NCBI GenBank assembly: GCA_051382295.1
Contig: JBBCAW010000021.1
Coordinates: 83,085-147,084, forward strand
Reading direction: 5' to 3'
DNA length: 64,000 nt
DNA from: Bdellovibrionota bacterium FG-1
GTDB taxonomy: Bacteria > Bdellovibrionota > UBA1018
Below, piece after piece: positions 8,794 to 18,121 of the stretch (position 1 is the stretch's first letter; each line of letters starts with the position of its first letter). The translations under genes and the position numbers were made by a program. The notes beneath the pieces are model-generated. The model did not search any database. It was not told the origin of the DNA and worked only from the letters and a program-made list of their open reading frames with translations.

Positions 8794-9683
8794 TAGGCCG
8801 CTATCTTGACCCGATATAAGCATCGAGGAGCCCCTTTATACAGATTTTCGACCAACGTCACCTTGACGGATCGGTGCCCGCTATAGGTGCTAAAGTTTTG
8901 AAAAAATCCTCGGTCATAATGGGCAAAGAAATCGCCCAATAAAGGATTGTTTTGGTAATCGAAGGCCTGCATGTGCGCGGCCGGCTCTACCGCTATTTCG
9001 AGTTGCTCAGCGCTGGGGTTGACGTTGAGTAATGAGTAATGAAAGTTGGTCGAATATTTTGCGGCGTTTTCGACAAAGCCCGTGAGAAGCGCAATTTGAT
9101 TGGACGATATAAATTCATAAAGATGATGGAGGGAGCCGTGCATTTCGGGGTTACCGGCCGTGCGGGTCGCTAGTTCAGCATCTTTGCTGGTCATGCTATT
9201 TTTTCGAACGATGGTTTCACAAAGATCAATCGTGAAATTGAAGTTAATGGTTGCGCTGAGGTTGATAAAAAAATCGGGGTCGAGCTTGATGTCACTGAAA
9301 AATCGAGCGAGCCCTCGTTCTCCCAGTGTTTCTTTCGCGAAGTCGAGAAGTGGCAGGAGTGACCGGACTTTGGAGCCTTTTTCAAAGGCGTAGCGCTGAG
9401 GGAGGCGAATGGCGCTCTCTTTTTGTTCCATTTCAAACAAACCATGGGTCAAGGAGTCAGGAGAAATTCCTGAGGATTGGCAGAAAGTAAACCATTGGGA
9501 CGCTGTCAGGAATTGTTTTCCACTTTCAATGCGCGAAAGCGCACTTTGGTCCAGCCCCAGCGTGGGGGCCACTTCAGTTTGGTTGAATCCCAGGTGCTTT
9601 CGGGTGGCTTGTAAAAGCTTGCCGATGCGCATAACGATCGCCTGATCTGGGTCGACTTTCTTTGAAATCCTATTTTCTATCAT
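8793..9683 (-). CDS. XRE-HTH regulator with V4R-like C-terminus (paralog of the 7882 gene); start uncertain
   Basis: LQATRKHLGFNQTEVAPTLGLDQSALSRIESG; LPQRYAFEKGS aligns with IHPKYTFAANS; ENLYKGAPRCLY degenerate V4R end. Confidence 0.75.
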   Translation of the reverse strand: MIENRISKKVDPDQAIVMRIGKLLQATRKHLGFNQTEVAPTLGLDQSALSRIESGKQFLTASQWFTFCQSSGISPDSLTHGLFEMEQKESAIRLPQRYAFEKGSKVRSLLPLLDFAKETLGERGLARFFSDIKLDPDFFINLSATINFNFTIDLCETIVRKNSMTSKDAELATRTAGNPEMHGSLHHLYEFISSNQIALLTGFVENAAKYSTNFHYSLLNVNPSAEQLEIAVEPAAHMQAFDYQNNPLLGDFFAHYDRGFFQNFSTYSGHRSVKVTLVENLYKGAPRCLYRVKIAA

Positions 9684-9788
9684 CGTCTTAGTTGAATGCC
9701 ATATTTCAAGCAAAATTGCGAGCCAGGAAGAATGCGCGACGCATTAATATTGGAATTCCTATAAATCCCGCCCGAACAGTGCTAGACT

Positions 9789-9943
9789 AGCCCTGGTAGT
9801 GCATCCGTCCGCGTCAGAGTCCTCGAGCATGGTGCTCATGTCCTCTTTAGCGGCTTTTACGCTTAAAGTGGGCTTTACATGAGTACTCAACTTTACGTTG
9901 GCAATCGTTGGTAATGAATGGGTTGCACGGCTGTAATTTTTTT
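9789..9943 (+). ncRNA. Candidate rod-like structured RNA or helicase leader
   Basis: Stems 9799-9806/9920-9928 and 9832-9841/9877-9886, apical hairpin, T7 tract 9937-9943, TGn-TAGACT extended -10 just upstream. Confidence 0.35.
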
Positions 9944-9993
9944 AGGGGCAAGGCTGTTCGACGGTCTTGCCCCTTTTTATTAAGATTGAAGAG

Positions 9994-11214
9994 ATGGAAA
10001 AATCGATAGAACAACAGGACTTAATAGATCAGGAAGCGAATTGGGATTTTTTGGGCCTTTCGCCCCAATCCCTCGAGGTCATTGCCAAAGCAGGCTATAC
10101 AAAGCCAACCGCTGTTCAGGTTCAAGGGATCCCTATTGCGCTAGAGGGCAAGGATCTCATTGCCTCCGCCCAAACCGGTACGGGTAAGACCGCGACTTTT
10201 GTCCTCCCGATGATCGAAGCGTTCGTGGGCCGAAAGGGGACCTTTGGCCTCGTCTTGGCGCCAACACGTGAAATCGCTCAACAAATTGATGCTACGATTA
10301 AGGTGCTCGGTGGCCCGCTGGGAATTGAATCGATCGTCCTCATCGGTGGTGTCAATATGCGCCACGATGCAATAGCGCTTCAATCCTATCCTCAAATCAT
10401 TGTGGCGACCCCAGGGCGCCTTTGTGATCATTTGGATCGGGGAAATATTTGGCTCGATTATATTGAAATTGTCGTTTTGGACGAAGCGGATCGTATGCTG
10501 GATATGGGTTTTTCGGACCAATTAGCCCGCATTACCTCCGATCTTCCCCGGCAACGTCAAACATTATTGTTTTCGGCAACCATTACGCCTACCGTTCGTC
10601 GTTTGGCTGAAAAGATTCTTTATCAGCCTCAAAGTGTGAATATCGGCAAACCTCTGACCGCAGCTATATCGGTGGAGCAACGCGTGCTTTTTGTGGCGGA
10701 AGAATCCAAAAATCGCGAATTGCATCGTATTTTGCGAAAAGAACCCGGGAGCGTGATTGTTTTTACCCGTTCCAAAGACGGAGCCACCCGCGTCTGGCGC
10801 TCTCTTCATAGTGCCGGATTTTACGACGCCACCTATATTCATTCGGATCGTTTGCAGAGTCATCGCGAACAAGCGCTGGCGGAGTTCAAAGAAGGCAAAT
10901 ACCGGATTTTGATTGCCACGGACGTCGCCGCACGAGGACTGCATATCGATGACGTCTCGTTGGTGATTAATTACGATCTTCCGATGGAAGCTGAAGATTA
11001 CGTTCATCGAATTGGCCGGACTGGGCGAGCGGGGGCGACGGGGAGGGCTTTGACCTTTGTGACCCCTCGCGATCGGCGTGGGCTCAATGATATTGAGCGA
11101 TTACTGGGGCGCGAGTTGGCCTCCATCGGCGAAAGCGGTTCGCGTGATGCAACCCCTGAACATGCCCCAGCGACACCTCAAAGGCCGCACCGAAGGCGTC
11201 GAAAACCCGCATGA
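9994..11214 (+). CDS. DEAD-box RNA helicase (RhlE-like)
   Basis: Q motif GYTKPTAVQ, AQTGTGKT, PTRE, TPGRL, DEAD, SAT, HRIGRTGR. Confidence 0.95.
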   Translation: MEKSIEQQDLIDQEANWDFLGLSPQSLEVIAKAGYTKPTAVQVQGIPIALEGKDLIASAQTGTGKTATFVLPMIEAFVGRKGTFGLVLAPTREIAQQIDATIKVLGGPLGIESIVLIGGVNMRHDAIALQSYPQIIVATPGRLCDHLDRGNIWLDYIEIVVLDEADRMLDMGFSDQLARITSDLPRQRQTLLFSATITPTVRRLAEKILYQPQSVNIGKPLTAAISVEQRVLFVAEESKNRELHRILRKEPGSVIVFTRSKDGATRVWRSLHSAGFYDATYIHSDRLQSHREQALAEFKEGKYRILIATDVAARGLHIDDVSLVINYDLPMEAEDYVHRIGRTGRAGATGRALTFVTPRDRRGLNDIERLLGRELASIGESGSRDATPEHAPATPQRPHRRRRKPA

Positions 11215-11236
11215 TTCAAGCGCAAGAGGCGATGGC

Positions 11237-12049
11237 TTAGGCCATTCCTACGATATAGGCCACCCAAGCGTAGGCATTGTCGCCATGATCGGCTTGAAGG
11301 TACTCACCGGTCCCTTGACCTTTGTGTTCGGTTTCCCAAAAGACACAAGTTTTGCGAAATCCCGCTTCTTTCATGGCATCGCGTATTTCTGGAATCGTCC
11401 AAAGTCGCCAATCGTAAGTGAAGGCGTCGTTGATCTGAATGCCATTTTTGAGTTTGAAGTGAATCGAATACTGAGCATCGTGGGTGATGGGGTCAAACGA
11501 TTTTTGGTGCCAAGTGTAGACAAATTTTCCGATTTTTGGAGCTTTGGCCGTTTTTCGTTCCCGCATGGGCGCGATCATTCCGGGGCCGCCCGCAAGATCC
11601 AAAATCGCCATGCCATTTTTTCCCAGGGAGCGCATACAACCACGGAGATAGCGAACGAGGGTTTCGCGTTCTTTAAAGATACAATATGAAAAATTACAGG
11701 CGATCAGCAAGTCTACCTTCGGCTGGGTGATGGACAGGACATTGTCATTGAGCAGCTGTAGCCGTTTCCTCTGTTCAGCACTCAGCGTGCGCCAATGGTG
11801 TTTTTTTCCGTAAGCCAGGGGTTCTGGGTCCAGATCGATGGCGATGGCGGTGTTATTGCGGTTGCGCTTCACCCATTCCGCACTTAAGCGGGCCGTTCCG
11901 CAGAAATCTTCACGCAGGTGACGAGGGTAAGTGCCCCGAAGTTCTTTGTAAACGTGGACAAACCACTCGGCATGGTAATCTGGACTTTGGACGGAATTTT
12001 CATAAAGCGCGAACTTATCGATTTTTGAGATGGCCTTTGAGATAGTCAT
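11237..12049 (-). CDS. Class I SAM-dependent methyltransferase
   Basis: LREDFCGTA, AIDLDPEPL, FTYDWRLWTIPE; ATG 12049. Confidence 0.8.
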   Translation of the reverse strand: MTISKAISKIDKFALYENSVQSPDYHAEWFVHVYKELRGTYPRHLREDFCGTARLSAEWVKRNRNNTAIAIDLDPEPLAYGKKHHWRTLSAEQRKRLQLLNDNVLSITQPKVDLLIACNFSYCIFKERETLVRYLRGCMRSLGKNGMAILDLAGGPGMIAPMRERKTAKAPKIGKFVYTWHQKSFDPITHDAQYSIHFKLKNGIQINDAFTYDWRLWTIPEIRDAMKEAGFRKTCVFWETEHKGQGTGEYLQADHGDNAYAWVAYIVGMA

Positions 12050-12136
12050 GGAGCGTGGTTTTTCGCATAAACGGGCTGATTGGTCTAGAGGCAAGGCGTG
12101 CAATTCAGGTGGATAACTGATAGCGTCGCCCCCCAT

Positions 12137-13957
12137 ATGGCTATTTTGGTCAGTGCTCACAGTCTTCGAAAAGCTTTTGCCGCGCGCCCTTTGTTTGATG
12201 GCCTCACGTTTGCGATTGAAAGTGGCGAACGTATCGGTCTGATTGGGCCCAATGGAGCGGGCAAGTCGACATTGCTCAAGATTTTGGCGGGGAAAATTCA
12301 ACCCGACGAGGGAAAGCTTTCCATTCAACGTGGATTGCGGGTTGGGTTTTTGGAACAGGTGCCCACTTTCAATCCTGGGATCTCGGTTTTTGAGACCGTT
12401 TTAGAGGGCACCCCTGATCCCCATGATTGGGAGTGTATGGCCCTCGCTCATGAGCAGTTATCCAAGCTTTCCTTGGATGGTTCCGAGGGAGTAGGTCCCG
12501 ATAGTCGAGTCGATACGCTGTCAGGCGGTTGGAAAAAGCGGGTAGCCTTGGCCCGCGAGCTGGTGCGCCAGCCTGACTTGTTGCTTTTAGATGAACCGAC
12601 CAATCATTTGGATGTGGAAAGCATTCTTTGGCTCGAGGATTTTTTAGCCCACGCCCCCTTCGCGGCATTAACCATCACGCATGATCGGCTTTTTTTACAG
12701 CGGATTGCCAACCGAATTATTGAGCTGGACCCTAGAAATCCCGGCGGATTGCTGAGTATTCAAGGTGATTATGCCCACTACCTTGAAACTAAAGATTTAC
12801 TGATGGCGGCCCAAGAGCGCCGTGAGATCATCCTCAAAAACACTTTACGGCGCGAAACTGAGTGGTTAAGGCAAGGGGCCAAGGCGCGTACCACCAAGCA
12901 GCAGGCCCGGATTCAACGCGCAGGGGATCTTAAGGACGAAGTCGGTGAGCTGGGCGTTCGAAATCAACAACGAGTGGCCAGAATCGATTTTCAAGGATCG
13001 GATAAAAATCCAAAACGACTGGTTGAAGCTAAGAAAATCTCAAAATCCTACGGTAAACGAGTGATTTTCAAGGATGTAGATCTTCTGTTGAGTCCCGGCA
13101 GTCGGATAGGGCTTTTGGGCCCAAACGGTTGCGGAAAATCGACATTGATTCGTGTTCTTTTGGGCCAGGAGGAGTCGGACAACGGCGTAGTTCTTCGTTC
13201 TGACCATCTTTCGTGTTCCTATTTTGAGCAAAATCGAGAGACCTTGGACCCCGAAAAAACGATTCTAAAAACCATTTGTCCGGAAGGGGAATGGGTGGAC
13301 TACCGGGGCGGCAAAATGCATGTCCGCGGCTATCTGGATCGTTTTTTGTTCACGCAAGGTCAGATGGAAATGGCGGTCGGAAAACTTTCAGGAGGCGAAC
13401 AAAGTCGTCTCTTGTTAGCGCAGCTTATGCTTCGTGAGGCCAATATTTTGGTTTTAGATGAGCCTACCAACGACCTGGATATGGCTACCTTGGCGGTGCT
13501 TGAAGATTGTCTGGGTGAATTTCCCGGTGCAGTCATCTTGGTGACCCATGATCGATATTTCCTGGATCAAGTCGCAACTCGGATTTTGGCCTTCAATCCC
13601 TTCCGGCTTGAGCTAGGACGCTTGACTGCTTTTGAGGGGTTGGGCCAATGGGAGCTTTGGCATGCCGAGCAGCTCCGGGAGTCCAAGGCGGCGCAACAGG
13701 GGGGGGCGGCTTCAAAGAAAAAGAAGCTCAGTAATAAGCTCACCTATAAAGACCAGCGCGAATACGATTCGATTGAGCAGACGATTCAACAAGCCGAAGC
13801 TAACCTTGAAATACTCACCGCCGAGAGTTCGCATTCAGATCATAGCACGAACGCTGTTCGCTTGGCTGAGTTGGCAAAACAGATGAGTGATACCCAGGCC
13901 GAAATTGATCGATTGTATGCTCGTTGGGGAGAGCTTGAAAAAATCGCCAATCGTTAA
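12137..13957 (+). CDS. uup: ABC-F family ATPase, Uup-like
   Basis: Two ABC domains (GPNGAGKST, LSGG, DEPTNHLD; GPNGCGKST, DEPTNDLD), EWLRQGAKARTTK linker, C-terminal coiled coil LYARWGELE. Confidence 0.9.
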   Translation: MAILVSAHSLRKAFAARPLFDGLTFAIESGERIGLIGPNGAGKSTLLKILAGKIQPDEGKLSIQRGLRVGFLEQVPTFNPGISVFETVLEGTPDPHDWECMALAHEQLSKLSLDGSEGVGPDSRVDTLSGGWKKRVALARELVRQPDLLLLDEPTNHLDVESILWLEDFLAHAPFAALTITHDRLFLQRIANRIIELDPRNPGGLLSIQGDYAHYLETKDLLMAAQERREIILKNTLRRETEWLRQGAKARTTKQQARIQRAGDLKDEVGELGVRNQQRVARIDFQGSDKNPKRLVEAKKISKSYGKRVIFKDVDLLLSPGSRIGLLGPNGCGKSTLIRVLLGQEESDNGVVLRSDHLSCSYFEQNRETLDPEKTILKTICPEGEWVDYRGGKMHVRGYLDRFLFTQGQMEMAVGKLSGGEQSRLLLAQLMLREANILVLDEPTNDLDMATLAVLEDCLGEFPGAVILVTHDRYFLDQVATRILAFNPFRLELGRLTAFEGLGQWELWHAEQLRESKAAQQGGAASKKKKLSNKLTYKDQREYDSIEQTIQQAEANLEILTAESSHSDHSTNAVRLAELAKQMSDTQAEIDRLYARWGELEKIANR

Positions 13958-14500
13958 TTAAGGAACGGCCTTGAGAAGTGCCTCACCCACGCGATCTAAA
14001 ATCTCGTTTGCACGTGAAGAATCGGGCGAATCCGTTTTGGCAAAGCCGGCGGGAGTTCCATCCTCTTTGAGTTTTTCGATCTCTTCTTGGGTCTCGACGG
14101 CCACTTCCGTAGCGCCGAGCCCCCTTTTGGTGTCGACCCGATATTTGATCCGTGTCTGAAGGTAAACTTTACGAGGCGAGCTGTTGACGGTGTATTCGTG
14201 ATATTTGTCGCGAGACTGGGCGTAGAACCATTCTGTTTCAAGGCTTCGGTGGGTGAGCTTTTTGAGTTCAAGGGCATCCACCTCTTTAGGGTCGCGTTCC
14301 AGTATTTTGTAATTGCGTAAGGCGTTTTCGATTCCCTTCCAGACGACCGGAAATTCATATTCAAAGGCACGGTGGTTGCTCAGTTTTGCATATTCTTGAG
14401 CCCGAACCGGAGGGCCGCCCGTTGCACAACCGCTCCACAGACTAGCTGACAAAACTGCACCCAAGACCCATTCTAAAATAACTGATTTCCGTGAATTCAC
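13958..14500 (-). CDS. Putative lipoprotein
   Basis: Signal peptide with lipobox-like WSGC. Confidence 0.65.
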   Translation of the reverse strand: MNSRKSVILEWVLGAVLSASLWSGCATGGPPVRAQEYAKLSNHRAFEYEFPVVWKGIENALRNYKILERDPKEVDALELKKLTHRSLETEWFYAQSRDKYHEYTVNSSPRKVYLQTRIKYRVDTKRGLGATEVAVETQEEIEKLKEDGTPAGFAKTDSPDSSRANEILDRVGEALLKAVP

Positions 14501-15213
14501 CCGTGGTCCTCCGGTTTTTCCTCAAGTTCAGGATCGAGCGGTATTGGAGGACGGGTGGATTCAGGTGGGAGTACGACCGCAGGCTTGTTCGGTGCGCTCG
14601 CTTTGGGTTTTGCTTTTGCCCTCAGCTTGGGCTTTGCTTTTGTTTCACTAGGTTGCGCAAAAACTGAACTCTTTTTTAGGGTTTTAAGGTCAATTATGAT
14701 GCGGACGGGATTGGAGAGCTCAAAAACTTCGACAGGGGATTCATCCTTAAGTTCAAAAACAAAGGTCCATGAATCATCCTCGACTCTAGGAAGCAAAGAG
14801 ACCGCTTGAATGGCCGAACTTTTTTTGAAGGCGGCTTTTATTTTCAATGGATCAAATTCCAAACGAGGCTTACCCCAAAGGGTCACGACTAATCGACGTT
14901 CATCGGGGTTGACCGCGACCTGATAATAAGGGGGCCGTGGCACCGCAGCGGGTTCGCCATCTTGGGTGCCTTGAAGATCAATCACGATTCGCTCATAGCC
15001 GCCCTGGCTGCCGGCATTGCGCGCATAACGAATATCTCGCACCGAAACGTGGTTGATGGCGCGGTCGCCTCCCACATAAAGTCCATCACGGACATAGGCG
15101 AGATTTTTTTTCGAATCCGCCACGTGGACCATCTCTGGTTTGAGTTCAGCTTGAGAAACAGAGGCACCCCAAAGGCAAGGTATCGCAAAGAAGAGAGTAA
15201 GCAAGGATCTCAT
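14497..15213 (-). CDS. Secreted AMIN-like domain protein
   Basis: YERIVIDL and VFELSNPVRIIIDL are AMIN-like; ATGA overlap with the upstream gene. Confidence 0.6.
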   Translation of the reverse strand: MRSLLTLFFAIPCLWGASVSQAELKPEMVHVADSKKNLAYVRDGLYVGGDRAINHVSVRDIRYARNAGSQGGYERIVIDLQGTQDGEPAAVPRPPYYQVAVNPDERRLVVTLWGKPRLEFDPLKIKAAFKKSSAIQAVSLLPRVEDDSWTFVFELKDESPVEVFELSNPVRIIIDLKTLKKSSVFAQPSETKAKPKLRAKAKPKASAPNKPAVVLPPESTRPPIPLDPELEEKPEDHG

Positions 15214-17036
15214 GGATCTAAAGCTACCCTTGAGATCCCTGGCGCGCAAGCAGAACCACGGGCCATCGCCTTAGCCAGTCGGGCGATTAAACCCATCAAC
15301 ATCCAGGGGGCAAGCCATCCGACCATGGTTCCTGGCGGCATTCCTGATCCCCCCCCTTTGCCTGGGATTGAGCTCGAAAGGGTGCCGCAAAAGCCCGCAC
15401 CGTTGGTGCTATTGGTTGAGGTGGCCTGGCGAGGAGGATCCCCCCCGGGGCTAGAATAACTCGCAAAAGCTTCGTCCATACGGCACCGAGCATTGAGTGA
15501 TAAATCGGTAGCAAGAGGGGGCGGGGATTCATTCACTGACCCGGTCATGACGACAAAGGGTACCGTATCCAACGCGACCGGGCCCGCCGGATAGCGAGTG
15601 GAATCTAAGGTCGATGCGGTGACTTTCAGAAAATAATCGCCCGCTTCTAAAGAGTCGGCCGTGAGGGCTCCGTCAAAATTAGTAAAACCTGAATCGCCCG
15701 AATACACACTCGCGACCGATTTAGCCGAGGCAATGGTTTTGCCGTTGATATCGAGCAATTCCAATTGAGGATGAATCGGCGAATAAAGGCTATAGCTCAA
15801 AGCGTGAATCTCAAGATGGCCTGAAACATTTTGGAGGCGATAATAGCTGGGATTAGAGCCTTTCAAGCGGTCGGCCAAGCCAAAACCTCGGCTATTGCGA
15901 GCGGAATCAAAGATCGCTGGGGCCAGGGTTGCCATCGATGCGTGATTGATGCTGTCTGTGCCCGCCGCTGCCGTAATGGCCGCGCCGCCGCTAGCAGAGC
16001 AATGAGCCACGAACCGGGGGACGTTGGCAGTACTGCCTCCTCTGACCTCGATACTGCTGAGCTGAAGGCTTGCCGGGTCGGTCAAAAAGGTTCTTCCAAA
16101 ATCGAGCGATCCGGAACAAACGGCCGCGGTCATCGCTGAGTAATAGCTGGGCAGCGCAGATGACCCGGCAAAATAGGGTTCTACCATCAAAAAATAATCC
16201 CCCGGCTCGAGGGCATTGATTTGAAAGTGTCCACTCGAATCCGTGAGTCCGGTCGCCAAGACGGTGCCGCGTTGGCGCGAGATTGCAAGCACATGCGCGC
16301 CGAGTACCGCTTTTCCGGCATCGCTGACCACTTGGCCGGAAATGGCACCCCGAGCCCCCGCGTGAGTATCTGGATAAAGCGCGTGAATCGCGATTTGTTC
16401 GTCGCAGGAGAGGTGCGCTTGTTCGGGCGATTCCATGTATAGCATCGTCGATTGCAAGCCACCGCTATGCGAAAGGCCATAGGCATGGCCAAATTCATGG
16501 CTGAGGACGTTTTCGATGAAGACGTTATTTTTTCCGGCTGAAAAGCTACTCGTGGAAGTTCCAAACCCCGAGGTGTCTTTAGGGTTTGTGGTGAATTTAA
16601 AATCCACGTCATTGAGGACCACATCGGTCTCCATGATTTCGCCGGTGTCGGTGTTATACCAGACCTGGGTCAGTCCCAACACATTGGGTGATAAATGAGA
16701 GCCCCCCTTGGCGTGCGAGGCGAAATAAACACTGGAGAGTCCGTTGTAATTGCTATCGGGTTCATAGGCGTTTGCATCGGTCCCTTGCCAGTAGTCAAAG
16801 CCAACTTGGTTGTCCGAGGCTTTTTGCCAACGTTGCAAGCTTTTGACGACGGCGGCATAAAACCCCCCGGCGTCGATGCCACTCGCATTGATCGGATTTC
16901 CCGCTAGATTCAGCTTGGGGGTGCCTTTCCAGCGGACGGGGATGCCCTTTGCGCTGATCGTCGGGGTATAGGCTTGAGCCGAGAAAGAACCCAGGCTCAT
17001 CATGATTAAAAACCCATTGGTCGCCAAACGTCCCAT
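15210..17036 (-). CDS. Matrixin-family (metzincin) metalloprotease with carboxypeptidase-regulatory-like domain and C-terminal anchor
   Basis: HEFGHAYGLSH plus STM Met-turn; GAISGQV...GHFQINALEPGDY; C-terminal GFCG-Gly-rich-TM-basic tail. Confidence 0.85.
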   Translation of the reverse strand: MGRLATNGFLIMMSLGSFSAQAYTPTISAKGIPVRWKGTPKLNLAGNPINASGIDAGGFYAAVVKSLQRWQKASDNQVGFDYWQGTDANAYEPDSNYNGLSSVYFASHAKGGSHLSPNVLGLTQVWYNTDTGEIMETDVVLNDVDFKFTTNPKDTSGFGTSTSSFSAGKNNVFIENVLSHEFGHAYGLSHSGGLQSTMLYMESPEQAHLSCDEQIAIHALYPDTHAGARGAISGQVVSDAGKAVLGAHVLAISRQRGTVLATGLTDSSGHFQINALEPGDYFLMVEPYFAGSSALPSYYSAMTAAVCSGSLDFGRTFLTDPASLQLSSIEVRGGSTANVPRFVAHCSASGGAAITAAAGTDSINHASMATLAPAIFDSARNSRGFGLADRLKGSNPSYYRLQNVSGHLEIHALSYSLYSPIHPQLELLDINGKTIASAKSVASVYSGDSGFTNFDGALTADSLEAGDYFLKVTASTLDSTRYPAGPVALDTVPFVVMTGSVNESPPPLATDLSLNARCRMDEAFASYSSPGGDPPRQATSTNSTNGAGFCGTLSSSIPGKGGGSGMPPGTMVGWLAPWMLMGLIARLAKAMARGSACAPGISRVALDP

Positions 17037-17088
17037 CCGTGAGACTCCTCGCGAGACTACTCGCTACGAGGATCCGGCAGCGCGGCAG

Positions 17089-17898
17089 CTATTTGCGCCT
17101 TCGGGCAAGCAGGACCATTATGAGCCCTGCGAGTGCAATTCCTCCGCCCCATCCAAGGACAGAGGAGAGCACTGAATCCTCATCGTGAGAGTGTTGCAAT
17201 TGAGGTGCCGGGGTGGGTTTGCTTTGAACGACCGGGGGGGGCGGTGTGTTGGCGATTCTTGAATTCAACGGAACTGCATGATTTGAAGGTCGAATTTTAG
17301 GTTCGCTCGGGGTGGTACTGGAGCTGGAGATCAGTTGACGAAGGGCTTCTAATGTCCACTTCTTGGCGTTTTTGGGATCATCTTGACCCTCCTCACCGTC
17401 ACTAATCCGTGGGGCCGTCAATGAGTTGATGCCCGCGCCGACCAAATACTCAGTCCCGTTTTTGTCTTTTTTGAGATTGTATTTGCCCATCATCATGCCC
17501 CAAATGTCATGCGAGCCTTCGGTGTTTTTTTCGCTCAAAAACACGACGACGTCTTCGCCTGGGACAAAATGTGCGGAGCCAGCGACCTGCATTCCGACGC
17601 CGTCTTTTTCGCCCCCCATTTCGCGCATGCGAAGCACCTGGTTCGGAGTGATCCCCGCACCCTTGAGGACCTCCTGAGGTTGAAATTCCCAGAAAGTGTA
17701 GATGCGTTTATTGCCGTCATCACCTCGTCCCCAGTCCGTAAAGGTGGTGGTCACCTTGCCTCGGACGATCACCGGAGCGTCCTGAACCGTCTCGCCAAAG
17801 GGCCGTTCGTAGAAGCTGGTAGCCCAAGCGTTCGGAAGGGTCTCAGTTCCCCAAAGGCCCAGTAAAACCAATGGAATCCAAAATAAAATGGCGCGCAT
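17089..17898 (-). CDS. Exported protein with C-terminal TM anchor
   Basis: Signal peptide, APVIVRGKV...EVLKG...PGEDVVVFL domain, Pro-rich linker, TM + RRRK. Confidence 0.7.
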   Translation of the reverse strand: MRAILFWIPLVLLGLWGTETLPNAWATSFYERPFGETVQDAPVIVRGKVTTTFTDWGRGDDGNKRIYTFWEFQPQEVLKGAGITPNQVLRMREMGGEKDGVGMQVAGSAHFVPGEDVVVFLSEKNTEGSHDIWGMMMGKYNLKKDKNGTEYLVGAGINSLTAPRISDGEEGQDDPKNAKKWTLEALRQLISSSSTTPSEPKIRPSNHAVPLNSRIANTPPPPVVQSKPTPAPQLQHSHDEDSVLSSVLGWGGGIALAGLIMVLLARRRK

Positions 17899-17972
17899 GA
17901 GACGATGGTAGCATGAATACTCTGCTAAAACGCTTGCAGTCTATTTGGCTTGATGCTATCTCGGCTGGCAAT

Positions 17973-18048
17973 GGATCGATAGCTCAGTTGGTAGAGCAGA
18001 TGACTCTTAATCATCGGGTCGTGGGTTCGATCCCCTCTCGATCCACCA
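17973..18048 (+). tRNA. tRNA-Lys(CTT)
   Basis: 76-nt cloverleaf, GGATCGA/TCGATCC acceptor, anticodon loop CTCTTAA, TTCGA T-loop, encoded CCA. Confidence 0.97.
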
Positions 18049-18054
18049 TTTTTA

Positions 18055-18089
18055 AAAGCCTGAATTCATTATGAATTTGGGCTTTTTTT
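18055..18089 (+). terminator. Intrinsic terminator after tRNA-Lys
   Basis: AAAGCCTGAATTCA-tta-TGAATTTGGGCTTTTTTT. Confidence 0.75.
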
Positions 18090-18121
18090 GTTTATGGGGG
18101 TTGGGGTGAAACTCAGTTCTT

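Noticed and set aside
9709..9726. sigma54-like TGGC...TTGC upstream of the XRE-V4R genes
   Set aside because: GG-GC spacing is 11 nt, not the required 10
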